Made by a program: the position numbers and the translations under genes
Origin: Selaginella moellendorffii
Lineage: Eukaryota > Plantae > Lycopodiophyta
DNA length: 64,000 nucleotides
Direction: 5' to 3'
Assembly: GCF_000143415.4 (NCBI RefSeq)
Contig: NW_003314285.1
Span: forward strand, 79,203 to 143,202
Shown here: positions 13,426 to 25,000 of the stretch, piece after piece
Layout: each line of letters starts with the position of its first letter
Numbering within the stretch: the first letter of the stretch is position 1
The notes under the pieces: generated by a model
Told to the model about the DNA's origin: nothing
Databases searched by the model: none
Seen by the model: the letters and a program-made list of their open reading frames with translations, nothing else

Positions 13426-14225
13426 ATGTGGCAAATGCTGCGTGAAGAAAGATGCCCTTTCTGGGCAAATGCTGTAAGAGGCAGATTCCGAGCAGATGTA
13501 TCTCAGGCCAGTGAAGGGGACAAACGAAAGCTAGCTATAAACATGACGGGATGCAAATAGATTACTAGGCTGGTCCTGCGAAAATCAAAAACCATAATTG
13601 AAAACATTGAAAATGCAAAAAGAAAGGTTTATAATATTTTTGAATTTTAAGCAACCAAATGAATGTAAGTAGGGCATGTGTTTGTAAGTTTAAAAATGCC
13701 TCAACCACTTAAATTCCCAAGTAAATAAAGCTGTTTCTATTTTTGGTACAGGTAAACTTTATAGCGTGTGGGCTCATGCAATTTTGAACCCAAAAATGCA
13801 CCAAAAAATGCTCGACTAGCATTATTCTTTGAATGGCGTGTGGCCTTATATTGCCATAAATGGACGTACACACACAGCATAATTATTCCTTTACATGGCG
13901 AATAATCTTGGCGCGGATCGCTGACATGGCATGGCAAAGTTCGAATCACTGACATGGCACAGCTGGATCGAGGCAAGGACATGATGTGACAAAGTTCAAC
14001 CTCCGACAGCAAAGTCTAGAAGCTACTCAGTTTGAAATTTGTCAGAGGAATCATAAGATCTGGTTTGTCAGAGGATTTGATGTGACGTTCAAGCGTGTGT
14101 TATTTTTGAATTCTCGAACTCATTCCTAGGTCTATCATTTTTGTGCGCCGTGTTCTTGGTTCCGCTGAGCACAGTGAGCGCTGCTTGTGTAAGCGGCATT
14201 GTGAGCTGTGGTTTATGCGTCTACA

Positions 14226-14355
14226 AGCGGTTGCGGCATTGCGAGCGCCATTGCGAGCGGCAGTTTATGCGAGTGGCAGTTTGTGCGAGCGGCGCTACGA
14301 GCAGTTGCGGTGTTGCGAGCGGCGCTACGAGTAGTTGCGGTGTTGCGAGCGGCAC
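14226..14355 (+). repeat. GC-rich tandem repeat (GCGAGCGGC...GTTGCGGTGTT units) upstream of the transposase
   Basis: Repeated gcgagcggcgctacgagYagttgcggtgtt and shorter variants. Confidence 0.75.
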
Positions 14356-14719
14356 TGTCTTTGGTGTGGCTACCGCTTCCTCTTGATATTCGGCACTTGT
14401 GCTTCCTGGTATGTTCACCATGGAATGGTTTAGGACCACATTTAGAAATGGCATGAGGCCACATGCCATCTTGGGCCCTTGCAATTTCATGGCTAGCGTA
14501 TTGTCATGTATATTTTTACTTGCCTGCAGCTGTGTGTATATCAAGATGGCATGAGGCCTCATGCCAATTTTGTGAATGCGAAATTTCACGTGGGTGTCAA
14601 TAGCATGTTTGAATAATGGCATGTGGCCTCATGCTATTGAGGTTGTTTGGTATGTTATGATTTAGGCCATTCTCCAATCATTTTTTGTATGGTCTTAACT
14701 TCTTTTCTGCACTTTCAGA

Positions 14720-17700
14720 ATGGCCTTCAGGGTTGGGGAAAAGGTTTACATTTTGAATGGTGGGAAGAGAGTTGCAAAAGGGACCCTTGTGTCTATGGAT
14801 TGGAACTTTGTTATACACTGTCAAAGGCTTGGGGAAGGCAATGCTGCTGTATCAGTAGAGACTGTCTTCGATGGGAATGTGGTCGCTATTGAACGAGGAG
14901 AGATGGTCGTCGGGGTAAATGTTGTTGTTGCCTTGAAAAATCTGTAGAAGAAAGCAGATGTTGGGGACAGCGCAAGTGCGACGCATGTTCCCTCCGTGGA
15001 TCTTAAGAACCGTGCTACATGGATTCAGGCAAAGGTGTTTCTAAATAACCCCGAGGGGGAGGTGGTAGCTGAGGGCTTAGCCATAGTTGTCGATCCAAGA
15101 GATGCGGTTGCTAATCAAGAATTGGGCTGGGATGATATTGGAGTTGCGATTTTAGAGGTTGTTGACACAGAAGAAAACAGTCTGACTATTGGAAGCATTG
15201 TGCGGTGGAAATTGAGGCACTTAGTGTTTGAGAATGTGAAGGATTCACAATCAAACACCACTACAACTGATGACAGAACATCTCTTCATGGGAAAAGAAA
15301 GTACACCTTCCTAAAGCGCAGCCAAAGGGATCTGAGCAACGAACCGAAAAGGCAGAAAATGGCGATGGAGGTTCGAATGGTCTCGACAGTTGCTTGTTGC
15401 AACAGGAGGTGCTGTCAACATGCTGATTGGGATGCTATTGAAGAGGAGAGAGCAAGATACAAGACATTGTCCTGGAAAGCAGCTCGCAATTTTGTGTATG
15501 AGGCATTACGGTCATCTGTTGATGCTTCAGAACATCAGGTGGGGGGCATGGTCTTCCAGAGGGGTTTGGTCTGCATGAAGGCATGGAGAATCATTTATGG
15601 AGTCCCTCGAACCACATTCTACAGAATCAAAACTGAGTTCGAGGAACAAAGGGTTCAACAGGCAGTCCATGGGAATGACGGTACGCACAAAACCAGGGGT
15701 CATGTTGTATATGGAGAGGCAATCTTCAAGAGGTTTGTCGAGACATGTAGCGAGCAGCAACCACATAAAACCCACCTCTTGGAAGATGGAACACGAGACA
15801 CCCAACGAGTTCTCCCTTCCATGTATACCAAGGGGGCCATATTGGAAGATGTGAATCGGGAACTCCAGAGTAATGGCTACAGGAAGCTGAGCCAATCTAG
15901 ATTTAGTAGATTGTGGAGCAACAGGTTCAGGGATGTGAGTATAGGAAAGTACTCCAGCTTTTCAAAGTGTGACGAGTGCACTGCTATCAAAATGGCTTTG
16001 TCGAAGAATTCTTGCAGCGCTCAAGAGCGAGAGACGTTGGTTAGAAGGCGGCTCGACCACAACATCGAGCAGAGAAGCTGCAGGACTGCATATTATCATA
16101 ACAGGATTCTCTCCATGGAGAGACCTGACTCTTACCTCTGCATCATCCACGACAAAATGGACCAGAAAAAGACGTGCTTACCTCGACTCAATCCTGCCCC
16201 CAAGGCAATCTCTTCATCCATGCAGCTGCCTGTGTCTCTGTTTGGCATAATCGCTCATGGGCATGGTGCCCAGAACTATGGGAACTTCTTTGTACCTTTA
16301 TGGGGTGGCGGGGGTGCAAACATGATGATTGCGTCCCTAGCAAAACACTTAAGGTCTCTGCAAAGTGTGCAGACTGAGCTGAACGGCCAACCCTTGCATA
16401 AGGCCCTTGTCGATCGAACCCCATACAGGGTTCAGCTGGAGGAGGAGCAAAGGCTTGCAGTATCGCGTGGGGCCCCATGCCATCCCAGTGAATATGTTGG
16501 CCGTCAGATTGTAGGGTTATCACGTGAGGCCTCATGCCATTCCGACGAGGCTGGTCGCCCGGTGAATGCACAGCCTCATCCAAACGAAGCAGAATCTCAA
16601 GGAAGTTCTTGCGGCCGATGTGGCCTTCCACCCCATCTTCTGCTCCAAACAGACAATGCTGGCAGTGAGAACAAAAACATGTACGTCTTCGCGTACTTAG
16701 CGATGCTTGTTGCCAAAGGCATATTTGAAACGGTTAAACTTGGCTTTCTCATGGTTGGGCACACTCATGAAGACGTCGATGCCATGTTCAGTCACCTGGC
16801 AGAGTCCCTCCGGCGATCCAATGTCCTCACCCTCCCACAACTCTACAATGAATTCCAAAATTGCATCAAAGGCACTGTTGAAGCTGCACTTGTGACAGAG
16901 GTTCCAGACTTTAAGGGGTTTGTAAGAGGCTACATCAGGGATGGATCCGAAACGCTGATTGGCCACTCCAAGCCTCTTCAGTTTCATTTCAGCATGCATG
17001 ACGGTGCTCCAGTGATGAGGTACAAGATGAGAGAATGGGACACAGTGTGGCTGCCAGTGGACGGCATTGAACTCTTCAAGAGAGATCCCATAACTGGGGA
17101 ACCTATGATTCCTCAGGGTTCCCCACGGCCGATGCACCCGGATGGACTCAAAGACCAGGAAAGTATAGTGGCCGGGATTAGACAGCATATTGCCTTCTGG
17201 AAGAGGGGGTTGGTGTTTGGTGGAGAATCCTATTTTAAGAGGTGCAAGCCTTTGCTCGAATACTGGGAAAAGATTATATCTGCTATCCAAAATGGGCCAG
17301 TTGTATATGAAGAATTGGAAGAGTCCTTTTGGCCAGAACCCAGAGCACCAGATAGTAGCGGAACAATGTCCTCTGGAAATGCAGTGACAGATAACGATGT
17401 TGAGGATCACTATTGTGAGCCGAGGAACAAGAAGCCGGATTCAGCATTCAATCCAGTACAGGTCTGCAAAGGAATGGTCGTGCTTGTCAGACCCAGTAAT
17501 AAAAAACAAATGATATGGGTGGGGCGCTGCATCACTGATGCAGAGGAGGACGCGGAAACTAACTCCTTCAATGTAACTGTGGAGTGGTTCAAGCCAAGTT
17601 CCGGATATACGAAGGATTGCCTAGAAAAGAGATGGGTGCTGAATCCAAGGGATCCCAGCATGAGCATATCGGTGGATAATGTTGTGCATGGTTGGATGCG

Positions 17701-17788
17701 GAAGCAGAGTGCCACCATCACCTTGCCAGACCATGCAAGAGATGCAGCAAGAGCATTCATAACCCGGGTTCAAGGTGAGATTCATTAA
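14720..17788 (+). CDS. DUF7869-type (Sola-like) DDD transposase with N-terminal Tnp1/EnSpm-like repeats and a C-terminal beta-barrel (BAH/Tudor-like) domain
   Basis: 930-aa ORF with CCNRRC, VCMKAWRIIYGV (HTH-like), FSKCDEC, IIHDKMDQ, LQTDNAGSENKN and FLMVGHTHEDVDAMFS. ORF 14720-14947 is in the same frame, separated by one TAG at 14945-14947 that could be a nonsense change or the end of a 33-nt intron. Confidence 0.75.
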
Positions 17789-18328
17789 TATTCCTTTACT
17801 AAGTTTCTAATGTATTTTATTTCAAGGTGAACAATCCGAATCTGAATCAGAGGAGGCGTGATGGCATGTGGCCCTTTGCACTAGTATATCTTAATACCGG
17901 TCTGAGAAATAGAATGGCATGTGCCCTCAGGCCTTTTACTAAATCACCTTTGAAAGAAATGCAAGCCTCTATGTCGTAAAAAAAAGGTACTAGAGAAATT
18001 CCTTAATAATATGAATGTTATTTAGTTTCATGAAAATACACTAAGGGTCAAATGAGTTAAATGACTTCTCCAGACTAGCGCGGTGACTTTGTGTCCAGAC
18101 TGAGTCCATCTGGTTGTATAATAAATCTCATTGTCAAGGTGAACAAGCCGAATCTGAAGCTAAAGAAGAGCGATGGCATGCGCGCACACACTATTTGTTT
18201 GTTCATTGAGCGTGTGGTGAGCTTTCCAAGATGAACGTCATTCCTATTAGCCAGACATATAACTTAATGGTGAGAACATTTAGATATTATTCAATGTTAT
18301 CTTTTTCTAACGAATCTAATTGTGAAGG

Positions 18329-18865
18329 TGTAGCAAGAGGCATTGCTAGTCACCATGCCCCAGATATGTCTAGCCCCTGGACAAAAAACATATAATTTCA
18401 CGTCATTTTCAAATACTTGAAAATTTGTACCTAGTCCCATTTTACTGAATAAATCCCACTTTAACGAAATAGAGCTTCTACGAAATAAGGGTCTAGTAAA
18501 TCCTATAAGCACCAACTCCCCATATCCAACACCTATATGCAAAATGGTGTCAGATGGTGTCTGATATGATTTTGGCATACAAGTGGCCTAATATGAGGAC
18601 GAAGGTATGCCACTAACTAGAGTAGTATGGAGCTTAAGCTTAGACCCAAGTAAAATGCAAAACAAATAGCAACATAATCCAATAGGACTAGCACAAGAGG
18701 GCTTGCCAAAGGGATCTAACTGTACCAATCTCCTATTATTATAGCAGTAAAGAGAGAGTGTCTGTAAGGATTGGTTAACAAATGTCTTTTGATTTTTTTA
18801 TATCCAAAGTCACATTTGCAATAATATTATTATTGGGGAATAAACAATGATAACCTTGGCAAACC
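18329..18865 (-). mobile_element. Gypsy LTR fragment
   Basis: 18510-18640 is the reverse complement of LTR sequence at 59620-59765, and 18800-18825 resembles 58920-58945. Confidence 0.65.
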
Positions 18866-18868
18866 TAG

Positions 18869-19312
18869 TTACTCTAAAAGTCTTTTACAATCTAGCAATA
18901 ATAAATCTTGCTTAGTGCATGTGAATGTCCACTTTAGAATCTTAGTGCAAGGTGTTGATAAAGATGTAGCATATGCTTTCCCATTTTTCTGGCATTTAAT
19001 AAATTCTGGATATAGGCAAGAAAAAACATTTTGAATGGCAATTGTGTATCCTCCACTTTCTATTATGACTATGTACTCATTTGCAAGTGCAATAATACAT
19101 TTTTTGGAAAAAACCTCACACTCAAGTGTTTGAGTCAAACTTATTTCACCCTGCTTTTGTTTAGAGATGATAGTAATAAATTTTAGTGTCTTACCTTTTC
19201 TTGTTGGCCTCCTATACATCTCTGTGGGAATAATATCAGGTTTGTTGCTCATGTCTCTAACTCTCCTCTTCTCAAGATTGAAACCAAATTTCTCAAGGCT
19301 TTCAATTTCATC
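18869..19312 (-). pseudogene. Inverted fragment of the MULE transposase 3' (SWIM) region
   Basis: IIPTEMYRRPTRKGK...QTLECEV is homologous to 30050-30460 and 32820-33280. Confidence 0.85.
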
Positions 19313-19777
19313 TACAACTCCGAAGCATCTTCAAAAGACAGTGCTCAAGGATTTTATCGCAAGCAGTTTACTTGATTCGGACTGCAAGAATACTCAACTG
19401 GATGAGGCTAGCTTGCGAGAGTTACTATGACACGTGCAACTTGCAACTAGCCTCAGAAGGTATGAAAATATTACTACATACTTTTCAATAATATCTCTCT
19501 TTTATTTTATTTTATTTTATTTAGGATAAAATCTTGGATGTGTGAATCTCGAGAGGGGAAACTCCAATAAAAAATTGACTCAATCCTTGAACTAAAACAA
19601 ACATATCCCTATGAGTTTATCCATGGGATTTTATTTCTAGATCAAGTTGTTAGTGAGCAAGAGCACCCCTTCATTTTCAAAATGTTTACTATAGGCCCCG
19701 CCTCTAGTATGGATCTTGTTTCCCAAATGGATATGTTTGGGTCAAGTGACCTTGCTAATGCATGGGTACATTTTGAC
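19308..19777 (+). pseudogene. Older MULE copy, 5' piece (interrupted by Element B)
   Basis: Aligns to 28124-28588 (STTPKHLQKTVLKDFIA...AWVHFD) and resumes exactly at 31514. Confidence 0.9.
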
Positions 19778-20849
19778 GGGGATGGTCCAAAGTTGAGTTG
19801 AGCTCATGAGTTGAGCTCAATTCAACACAAGTCAACTCAAGTCAATATAGTCAATAAGAAATATTACAAAGGAGATCTAAATTGAACAAATGAAAGTTCT
19901 AGCAAACTTTAAAATATTAAAATACGTAAATATCTAAGTTAAAAGTTTCTATAAGATTGAATTGTTTAAAAAAGACAAAGTTCATGAGAACCTATCTTTT
20001 ATAAAACTATATTATTTTATTATGACAACTATTACAGCTGTCATATTTGATTTGACTACTTAATATTTTGAATACTTTTACAGCTGTAGATACTATTCCT
20101 TCATTCAAAAGATTTTTTAGGGTTCTTGAGAAGATGGGAAGCAAGGAAAATACAAGATCTGTGAGTAAGAGTTGTAGTGCAAAGGAATGTGAGAATGTTA
20201 ATTTTGTTTCACTACCACAATCTTCATATTACACTCCTGGTCCTTATTACCCATCTGGGAATGTAGAGACCACTATCACGATTGATAAAAATGCTCCTGT
20301 TACTTCTGAAACAACAGTCCAAAGCAAGAGAAATGAAGAAATGAACAGCACAAGGGAAAGCACCAAGAAATCTACTCCATAAAACTTTCCATGACATTTG
20401 TAATTTACATATTAATTCATATTAAAAACTCTATTGCTTGCCTATATCACAATCCTCTCATATGATAAGACCAAGGTATATTTTGCAGTGAATCCTCATT
20501 AAAATTTTTTGGGAATTGTTTGTAAATAATGATAAAAGAAATCAAAATCTTTTGAAAGACTCAAAAGTAATATCACATCAAAGAATCAACTTTATCTACA
20601 TTTCCAAGACTAAAAGGCAATCTCACATGAGAGAATGGTAGCGTGCCAACGTGCTCTACCACTATAATGTGGTCTATATTTCCTTGCAATTTATTTCCCT
20701 AGACATTTGGCATGTGTAGAAAAGAATTTATGTGTAGCAAAGTAGGATTCATCATAATGATAGAGCATGTGATAATCTAAAATTCTAGAAGCTCTTATGT
20801 TTACAAGAAAGCTATGATTATGAAGCCCCATTTCCAAAACTGACATTTA

Positions 20850-20945
20850 AAGAATCTGAGTATTGTCAGTGTCATAATAAATAAACCTCATTCCCAAGAA
20901 TCTGAGTATTGTCAGTGTCATAATAAATAAACCTCATTCCCAAGA
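20850..20945 (+). repeat. 46-bp tandem duplication
   Basis: aagaatctgagtattgtcagtgtcataataaataaacctcattccc x2. Confidence 0.9.
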
Positions 20946-20997
20946 CTAAAACTTAGTATATAAACTATCTAGAAAAGTTATAGTCATTGTAGGTTTT

Positions 20998-21471
20998 TTG
21001 TTCTTCTTGAGCTCCTTAGAAGTTTATATTGAAATGGCTCAAAGGAGACGCATTGCTAATCATACTTGGTCCCCCAGCATTTCATATCAATCTCCACCTC
21101 CATCCCCAAATTCTACCAACATTCCACCTTCACCTCCACATAACAATCCTTTTTCTACTGAGGGCTCTAGTGAAGCTGAATTAGAACTCCCTATATGTGA
21201 AATTCTAGATCTTGCTACTAGAGAGGGATTGCCTCTAGCACTTCAAGAGCAATGCCACATGTTTTTGCAAGATCTTGCTCCTGACATGGTAGGACTACTT
21301 GAAAGCACAGAATGCTATTACATTCGGTGTCCAATATGCTACTTTTTCTTGGACAAGACAAATGGCTCTATGGGTTTACAAACTTTTCTTGAGCACTGTA
21401 AGAATTGCCCAACGGTAGGTCTGGAAAATGTGCACGTGTGGATGTATAATAGATTCAAGAATGAGTTATAG
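20998..21471 (+). CDS. Small cargo ORF with Pro/Ser-rich N-terminus and CPIC...HC zinc-finger-like motif
   Basis: 157-aa ORF (ATG at 21034) containing RCPICYFFLDKTNGSMGLQTFLEHCKNC. Confidence 0.45.
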   Translation: MFFLSSLEVYIEMAQRRRIANHTWSPSISYQSPPPSPNSTNIPPSPPHNNPFSTEGSSEAELELPICEILDLATREGLPLALQEQCHMFLQDLAPDMVGLLESTECYYIRCPICYFFLDKTNGSMGLQTFLEHCKNCPTVGLENVHVWMYNRFKNEL

Positions 21472-22097
21472 ACACATACCCACTATCGCTTCATGGTGAG
21501 GAACAACATCCCCTTGGGAAACACTGCATTGGCTAGTGCAAAATATGGGGTTTTTAGGCCACCCTATAGTGGAATGTAAGATTTAAAATTACTTTACTAT
21601 ACTATAGTATTGTCACTATTAAAAGAAAAAATATAATAAAATGATATTAGTTGTAGGTAACATACCTTGTTCTAGAAGGTGCTATCATATCACATACAAT
21701 TGTTTACAAAATGTTGAAGGAGGAGATGGCAACACACAAGCGCTACAAAGTGATGGTGACAAGTGAGAATGATAATCTATAATTATGGTATCTGACACTG
21801 ACATTGACATCTGACAATTTTACTAACATCTGACACTTTCACTGACATCTAATATATAACAATCTTTCCATTTTATATAAGGATGCAATTAACTTTCTTC
21901 TGCCTCATCATCAACATAATGATTTCTTTTATACTTCCTCCTATATTGGTATTGTGGGGAAGATTCACCTTGCATATGTTGAGCCATGGCTTCTGCATAG
22001 TCAGGGAGACTTCCAAAGCCTCCAATTCTAGAAACTCCAAGTGACTGTGATCTATAAAATAGAATGAAATATATATTGAAATTTTAATAAACATAAT

Positions 22098-25000
22098 TTA
22101 CCTCCTTGAGGTTGAAGGCAACTCACAAAATCCTCTGAGCCAGCGTTTGAAGAAATGATGTTCTTCAATAGCAAACACCGACTTACCAGAGTCACGTGCT
22201 GCCTCCACCATAGAACCGCTACCTGCTATGCAATCAATCACAACACCATCTGGTGGGCAATAGAGCTCAAGCAAGACTTGCATTGCCAATGGAGTTCAGA
22301 ATCGGTACCCTGGAAACCTGTTGCGGATCTGCTCATCCACAAGGTTGGGTATGATGTTAGTGGAACTGTCGTACCCAGGCAAAACACATGCTGCATGTTC
22401 GCTATCACGAAACCCATCATGTGTGTTTTTGCAGAAGGCATGATAAGTCCATATTATAACCTGGAAAATAAAAATGTTTAGAAATTAGATAAAAATATAA
22501 AATACATACTCACCTTTTCAAGCTTCCCTTGGACGCCCTTCGTATCAACGCCAATAGGATCCATGATGCACCCAGAAGAGAATGACTTGAAATGAACTTC
22601 TGCTGCGCACGTCATAAGCTCATACATCTAGTTGGGGTCGTTCGGTAGGATGAAGATGACATGGCCAGCTTCGAGCATAAGTGCTTCGGACAATAGGAAT
22701 GCATTGCACAAGTGGTCAGGTGTGAGAAAGTTCCAATCCTCAACTTTCCCATCGATATCTGAAAGACCATCTGGAAAGTCGAAGAGAATGACTGGGAGCA
22801 CGGGCCTTTGTATCTTTCGGCACCAACGGTTGAACTGGCAGCGTATATCCATGTTGATGTCGTCTCCCGTGAAAGATATCAATAATCTACTATAAGAGCC
22901 AATGAAGATACCCACAATGCCTCGTTGTGTTATTGGGGACATAGGACGGACCTATAAAAGAGCTAAGTGAATGAAAAAAGTAATAAATAGTATGATACCG
23001 TTATATGGCGTGTTGTCGATGAGAGTTCCTCCAACTCCTCTTCACGAGCATCTCGTCGAGCTGGAATGAAATTACTACCAACAGTCATTGCTGCAAAAAA
23101 CATGTATTACCACCTTTAGTTTGTAAAATTCACTTTTGCTTACCTCGAGGTTCGACGTGATATTCTGTGAACCACTTGATCATCGTTATTTACTGGTAGA
23201 ACCTGATCCGGATCTTGGTTGTTTGATGGTTGAATTGGAGCCTATTCCTGACTGTCTGGTGGTGGAACATGAACTTGATCTGGAGCTTCCTCATCCTCGT
23301 CTCCATCGTCATTTGCATTGCCATCGTTGCTAGCATTGATAATTTCCTTGCGATCTAGTGTAGAGGTCTCCTTCCCTAGGAGCTCCAACTCCCAAGGGCA
23401 TTCTATCTTCCGTGCCTTTGGAACTCTCACAAACATTGTTGGGTACATTCCTCCATCCCTTATACCCTTTGCAACAAATCGAGTGCAAACTGGTGCCTCA
23501 AATGGCATGCCTCTATATCGAAGATACCTGTAAACAATATATATTAAAAAAATAGTCTTAGAAATCATATTATACCTATAAGCTGCACGTCGCATGAAAT
23601 AAGGTTGACCATGTTGTCAATCATAAGTTGTTGTACTTGTAGACTTCTCTGGCAGCCACCCCTCTTTGATCCCTTCCAATGACGTGTTGATGTAGGTGTC
23701 GAAAGACATGAATGTGCCATCTGGATCGTCACCAATGTGTGGTGCCAAGAACTTCTCACCTTCACTTATAGTTTGCGTGATGTAGACAGCCCTTATCATC
23801 ATGTTCTCAAATAGTTCTGGCAGTCCTTTCTCTCTGTTCATCAAGTAGACATTGAGGAACTTCAGAGTCTCTATCTATTGCTTATATGAAAGCTTCGATT
23901 TTGCGATATTGTAAATCATGTCATCTGGAGTTTTGTTCACTGCAAAAGTAACATATGCATAATTAAGAAAAATGAAGTGTAATAAATAACTTACATTCAT
24001 GAGAAGAAATTTTGGCTATAGTCTCTAGCCACTCCTTTGGCCTGCGATTGTCTGCAATGCATACTAGTTTCTTCAACTTTGAGGACTTTGCATGTTGAAT
24101 TTTGTGCTCAATTTGTACAAACTCAGCTGAGAGCTCTTCCCAACTCTTCTCTGGATATGCAAGTTCATAAGCATCTTGCTTAACCTTCACCGAAGGCTAA
24201 AAACCAAAACAATTAAAAGAGGCTTTTATAAAATAAAAGGGAAAGACATACCTTACACCACACAGCGGGCATAAAATTGATTGGGTTGTTGAACCAAGTT
24301 GTACCGTCATTTCGAGTGCGTGAGTGCCGAACAAGTGTTGCGAGATCATCACCATAATGTTGGCGGATGTCATCCTCACTCAAGTCTGCCAAAAATCGAA
24401 GTTGCTCGATGTCATGGACAAGATTTTGTTTTTGAACAGCGAACTGCCCAAGCCTACATTTAAACACAACAAAACAAGTTAAAGTGGAGTTAGAGGTAAA
24501 ATTATAAAACTTACGCATTGATCTTTTGGCAGGCCAAGATAAGTCTGTTGACATCCAAAGGTCCCCTCGCGTAGACATGGCCGACTGGAACGTTGATATG
24601 ATAGACGGGATCATCGCGAAAATGATCGTCAATACACTTCATCCAAGCTCCATATCGGTGGTTACCGTCAATAATTTGGAACATTGTCCCCGCAAGCTGT
24701 CGAGTCTCAGGATGTCTGATAAGCATGTCATCAAATTCTAGGGACTTCCTCCTCCAAATAGGATCCCAGCTATTCACAATCTCGGGTGTGACAGTAATGA
24801 TCTCTGTTGTTCCTGGCTTGCAAAAAGAGACTAGAAACATACCGATATTTGTTGCAAAGCCATTCTGTTTGAACAAGCTGTATATATCTGGGTTGACATA
24901 CTTGGATGCTGTGTGGACAAGGTTCGTCTGCTGCAAACGGCAAAGGGGGATTTCTCTGATCAAGTCACAAGGGCCTGGCCACTTGAGCGCCTCAAGTGTT

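Larger units (their letters stand above)
6584..18194. repeat. Dispersed 22-bp imperfect palindrome, consensus ATGGCRTGWGGCCWCAYGCCAT, ~22 copies
   Basis: Copies start at 6584, 7661, 7736, 8968, 9159, 9300, 10799, 12076, 12136, 12213, 12819, 12898, 13761, 13833, 14448, 14546, 14616, 16462, 16519, 17861, 17914 and 18173; some are degenerate. Confidence 0.92.
6550..18250. mobile_element. Element A: putative large DNA transposon (DUF7869/Sola-like transposase plus divergent ParB-MTase-HAD cargo gene); ends approximate
   Basis: GC-richer island flanked by LTR debris, containing two divergent genes. The 22-bp palindrome occurs only between 6584 and 18194. No TIR or TSD was identified. Confidence 0.65.

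Noticed and set aside
6584-18194. Palindromic repeats as a CRISPR array or prokaryotic REP elements/terminators
   Set aside because: Spacing is irregular (57 bp to >1.8 kb), there are no unique equal-length spacers or cas genes, and the context is eukaryotic with introns.
20068-20382. 104-aa ORF inside the left arm of Element B
   Set aside because: No recognisable motif. It could be a 5' exon of the 20998 ORF, but this cannot be supported.
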